This document shows, in pieces, positions 46,386-49,036 of a stretch of 49,036 nucleotides of DNA. The DNA lies in the NCBI GenBank assembly GCA_029260875.1, contig JAJDCL010000001.1, forward strand, positions 1 through 49,036, given 5' to 3'. Both the position numbers and the translations under genes were made by a program. The DNA comes from Candidatus Saccharimonadota bacterium (lineage in GTDB: Bacteria; Patescibacteriota; Saccharimonadia; Saccharimonadales; OFTM59). Every line of letters begins with the position of its first letter. Within the stretch, counting starts at the first letter, position 1. The notes beneath the pieces are model-generated. The model was not told the DNA's origin. It did not search any database and worked only from the letters and a program-made list of their open reading frames with translations.

Positions 46386-46808
46386 CTATACCCTAACTAC
46401 CCGGCGACGCTTATGAAAGACCCATAGTTTGAAAAATACGTAGTTCCATACAGTGAAAAACCCAGCACTGATAAATTGGCCTATATACGGTGATATACCT
46501 ATCTCTCTAAGCCCTCCGACAATTGCCAGATCAATCAGGAAATTCACAAACATCAATGAATAAAATCGTGATGCAGTGGTCTCAATTTGCTTTTTAGAAA
46601 TCTTCTTTTGGCCGAATACCCAGAACCGCTCCAAAAAGAAATTTACACTGACCCCCAAAAAGTAAGATATAGACTTAGCCCACCAGAAAGTTATCCCAAA
46701 TATTTGGTCAAACAACGCAAAGGCAGCGTAGCCACTCCAGAACTGCGCACCACCGGCGGCCATATACTCACTAAATCTTATTAGTTCTTTTTTTTGCTTC
46801 TTCTTCAT
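46386..46808 (-). CDS. GtrA-family membrane protein
   Basis: 4 TM; VNFFLERFWVF and WNYVFFKLWVF. Confidence 0.85.
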   Translation of the reverse strand: MKKKQKKELIRFSEYMAAGGAQFWSGYAAFALFDQIFGITFWWAKSISYFLGVSVNFFLERFWVFGQKKISKKQIETTASRFYSLMFVNFLIDLAIVGGLREIGISPYIGQFISAGFFTVWNYVFFKLWVFHKRRRVVRV

Positions 46809-46876
46809 GTCTGTTTGTGGTCTTATATTGAGTATATCACGCAGCTATCCCATAGGTGTTACAATTAACCTAAGTT

Positions 46877-48301
46877 ATGAAGAATAATGCTTCTTTGGTC
46901 TTCGCGCTCTTTCTGGTTCTGGGTGATTTTGCCGCGCTGCTTTCCGCCTTCTTGTCGGCTTATGTGCTCCGGTTTAAGATCTTAGACCCAGAAGTAATCG
47001 CCACAGTGCCAGCCAGACATTACGCATACGCAATTTTAGGTACGATGCCGCTTTGGATAGTTGTTCATTCGCTGATCGGGCTTTACAGCTACTCCGTGTA
47101 CACCAAGCGTTTTGCAGAACTCGGTAGGTTATTCATTGGCTCACTGCTAGGGATACTTACTGTCATCGGCTACGATTTCTTCACTGCAACCCGACTTTTC
47201 CCGGGCCGGTTGGTGCCCATTTACGGTCTCTTGATCGGTTTTGGATTTTTGATTATTTTCCGGACGTTCGCCCGAATGTTAAGGCGCAACCTATTCCGTG
47301 TGGGATTTGGTGTTAGTAACGTTTTAGTTATTGGCAACACAACCGCGACCGAGGGTATCGTAGATTTTATCCGCGACACTAAAACCAGCGGTCAACTAGT
47401 GCTTGGCGTAGTTGGTAAAAACATCCCGGGTTTTAACCACTACAACTCTTTTACAGAGGCGCTTGAAAGTCTCAGGCGCCCAATTCACAGTATTATACAG
47501 ACAGAACTATACGGCGATCAGGCCAAAAATAACGAGATTTTAAAATACGCTCAAGAAAACCATATAGCCTACCGTTTTATTCCAGGCAATACCGATTTGT
47601 TTGTGGGTAACATCGCAGTTGAACTATTTGCGGGCGGCTTGCCTGTTATCGTGGTGCACCAAACAGCTCTCGTGGGTTGGGGACGGATAGTCAAGCGTAT
47701 ATTTGACCTAATTACTACTTCAATACTGCTATTTTTTATTTGGCCTATTTTGCTGCTCATAGCGCTCATACTGAAGCTGTCTGATCCACGCTCGCCGGTG
47801 TTTTTGCGCCAAGTCAGACTTACTAGGTTTAATCGAGAATTCCGTGTTTTTAAGTTCCGCACGCACATTTCTAAATACAATGGCCTTTCACCCGAGGAAG
47901 CATTTAAAAAGATGGGAAAGCCCAAGCTAATAACTGCCTACCGCGCCAATGGTGATTATTTGCCTAACGATCCGCGAGTGTCTCGGATTGGCAGATTTCT
48001 ACGCCGAACCAGCTTAGACGAGCTTCCGCAACTGTTCAATGTACTGGCAGGAGACCTAAGTCTAGTGGGCCCGCGGGCGCTTGTCCCATACGAGCTAAAT
48101 GCCTATGCCAAGCGCCATGCAATCCTAAGTGTCAAATCCGGCCTAACTGGCCTTGCACAGATTTCCGGGCGCAAAGACATCAGCTTTGAAGAACGCCGCA
48201 AGCTAGATATTTATTACGTACAAAACTGGAGCTTCTGGTCGGATATAGTAATCCTCCTCAAAACCATCCGCGTAGTCCTACTTGGCCAAGGAGCCAAGTA
48301 A
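46877..48301 (+). CDS. Priming polyprenyl-phosphate sugar transferase (WcaJ/WbaP family)
   Basis: [52 protein letters not shown]. Confidence 0.95.
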   Translation: MKNNASLVFALFLVLGDFAALLSAFLSAYVLRFKILDPEVIATVPARHYAYAILGTMPLWIVVHSLIGLYSYSVYTKRFAELGRLFIGSLLGILTVIGYDFFTATRLFPGRLVPIYGLLIGFGFLIIFRTFARMLRRNLFRVGFGVSNVLVIGNTTATEGIVDFIRDTKTSGQLVLGVVGKNIPGFNHYNSFTEALESLRRPIHSIIQTELYGDQAKNNEILKYAQENHIAYRFIPGNTDLFVGNIAVELFAGGLPVIVVHQTALVGWGRIVKRIFDLITTSILLFFIWPILLLIALILKLSDPRSPVFLRQVRLTRFNREFRVFKFRTHISKYNGLSPEEAFKKMGKPKLITAYRANGDYLPNDPRVSRIGRFLRRTSLDELPQLFNVLAGDLSLVGPRALVPYELNAYAKRHAILSVKSGLTGLAQISGRKDISFEERRKLDIYYVQNWSFWSDIVILLKTIRVVLLGQGAK

Positions 48302-48303
48302 TA

Positions 48304-48337
48304 TGGTAGGCGGTAGATAGTAGATGGTAGATGGCAA
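48304..48337 (+). repeat. Heptamer tandem repeat (YRGTAGR x4-5), 5' arm of four-helix-bundle gene 2
   Basis: TGGTAGG CGGTAGA TAGTAGA TGGTAGA TGGCAA; contains the ATG at 48324. Confidence 0.85.
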
Positions 48338-48698
48338 GATTAATTCATTTGAAGACCTGAATTCTTGGCAAGAAGCTCAAACCCTTGGCGTGCAGGTATA
48401 TGCAATTTCTAAATCTTTTCCAAAGGAAGAAATTTTTGGGTTAACAAGCCAGGTGAAGCGTGCCGTTGCTTCTGTTTCAGCAAATATTGCAGAAGGCTTT
48501 GGCAGAAGAACGCTCAAAGATAAGCTTCAATTCTATACGATAGCTTACGGTTCATTACTTGAGACAAAAAACTTCCTATATTTAGCTAACAAGCTGACTT
48601 TTCTTGATAAGCAAAACTTAGATAAACTCTTAGCACAAGCTACCAGTTGTCAAAAGTTACTAAACGCACTTATGCGCTCATTAAGGAATCATGCCTAA
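48324..48698 (+). CDS. Four-helix-bundle protein (23S rRNA IVP family)
   Basis: SFEDL.SWQ...FPKEE.FGLTSQ.KRA..SVSANIAEGFGR...AYGSLLE. Confidence 0.95.
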   Translation: MVDGKINSFEDLNSWQEAQTLGVQVYAISKSFPKEEIFGLTSQVKRAVASVSANIAEGFGRRTLKDKLQFYTIAYGSLLETKNFLYLANKLTFLDKQNLDKLLAQATSCQKLLNALMRSLRNHA

Positions 48699-49036
48699 CA
48701 CCCCACCTACCACCTACCACCTACCACCTACAAACAATAGCAACCTGAAGGTTGCTATTGTTTGCGACTGGCTAACCGGCACAGGCGGCGCCGAGCGAGT
48801 GGTCCTAGAACTGCACCATATGTTTCCAAAGGCGCCCATTTATACCTCTCAGTATGACCCAGACCCATCCATATGGTACGGCGGCAATTGGTTTAAAGAT
48901 GCAGACATTAGAACCGGTTGGCTACAAAAACTACCTAAAGGGCTGAAGAAGTTTTTGCCAGTCCTTCGCGCCATGTGGTTCTCGCATCTTGATCTATCAG
49001 ATTATGACCTGGTTATATCAGCCAGCGGCGCCGAAG
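48691..49036 (+). CDS. Glycosyltransferase family 4, 5' part (runs off the window)
   Basis: ATG 48691: MPNTPPTTYHLPPTNNSNLKVAIVCDWLTGTGGAERVVLELHHMFPKAPIYT...DLSDYDLVISASGAE. Confidence 0.85.
   Translation, partial: MPNTPPTTYHLPPTNNSNLKVAIVCDWLTGTGGAERVVLELHHMFPKAPIYTSQYDPDPSIWYGGNWFKDADIRTGWLQKLPKGLKKFLPVLRAMWFSHLDLSDYDLVISASGAE
48704..48731 (+). repeat. Heptamer tandem repeat (CACCTAC x4), 3' arm of four-helix-bundle gene 2
   Basis: Four perfect units, reverse-complementary to the 48304 arm. Confidence 0.9.

Noticed and set aside
1116-47925. Numerous short antisense or alternate-frame ORFs in the track (e.g. 1410-1892, 10371-10787, 16428-16865, 39900-40385)
   Set aside because: They are shadows of well-supported genes, with no motifs or expression signals.
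45951-48698. Diversity-generating retroelement suggested by Avd-like four-helix bundles
   Set aside because: No reverse transcriptase and no TR/VR repeat pair seen in the window.
1-49036. CRISPR array, prophage, rRNA or alternative genetic code
   Set aside because: No regularly spaced repeats, phage structural genes or rRNA motifs. Long genes are intact under code 11 and TGA is used as a stop.

Overview
Chromosomal window of a small-genome, genetic-code-11 bacterium whose gene content fits the Candidate Phyla Radiation, most likely Saccharibacteria (inference from DBD-only LexA, archaeal-type AspRS, CPR-type hypotheticals and four-helix-bundle genes). It holds about 50 mostly housekeeping or envelope CDS, the three CAT-anticodon tRNAs (fMet, elongator Met, Ile2), and the tail of an IS3/IS481-type transposase at the left edge. 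Most of the unexplained structure is intergenic. (1) Both four-helix-bundle (23S-IVP/TIGR02436) genes are closed by inverted, heptamer-periodic arms that abut their start and stop codons and overlap the start of the next gene; a similar ORF-less arm pair lies at 12.9 kb. (2) A two-hairpin structured repeat occurs four times, with compensatory and G-U changes. (3) Several small ORFs below the 60-aa track cutoff have their own expression signals, including a CPFC-tailed peptide behind a perfect sigma70 promoter and two peptides ending in WQQ[FY]xxY. (4) Two genes are broken by 1-nt homopolymer frameshifts. All calls are by eye; no database searches were run.
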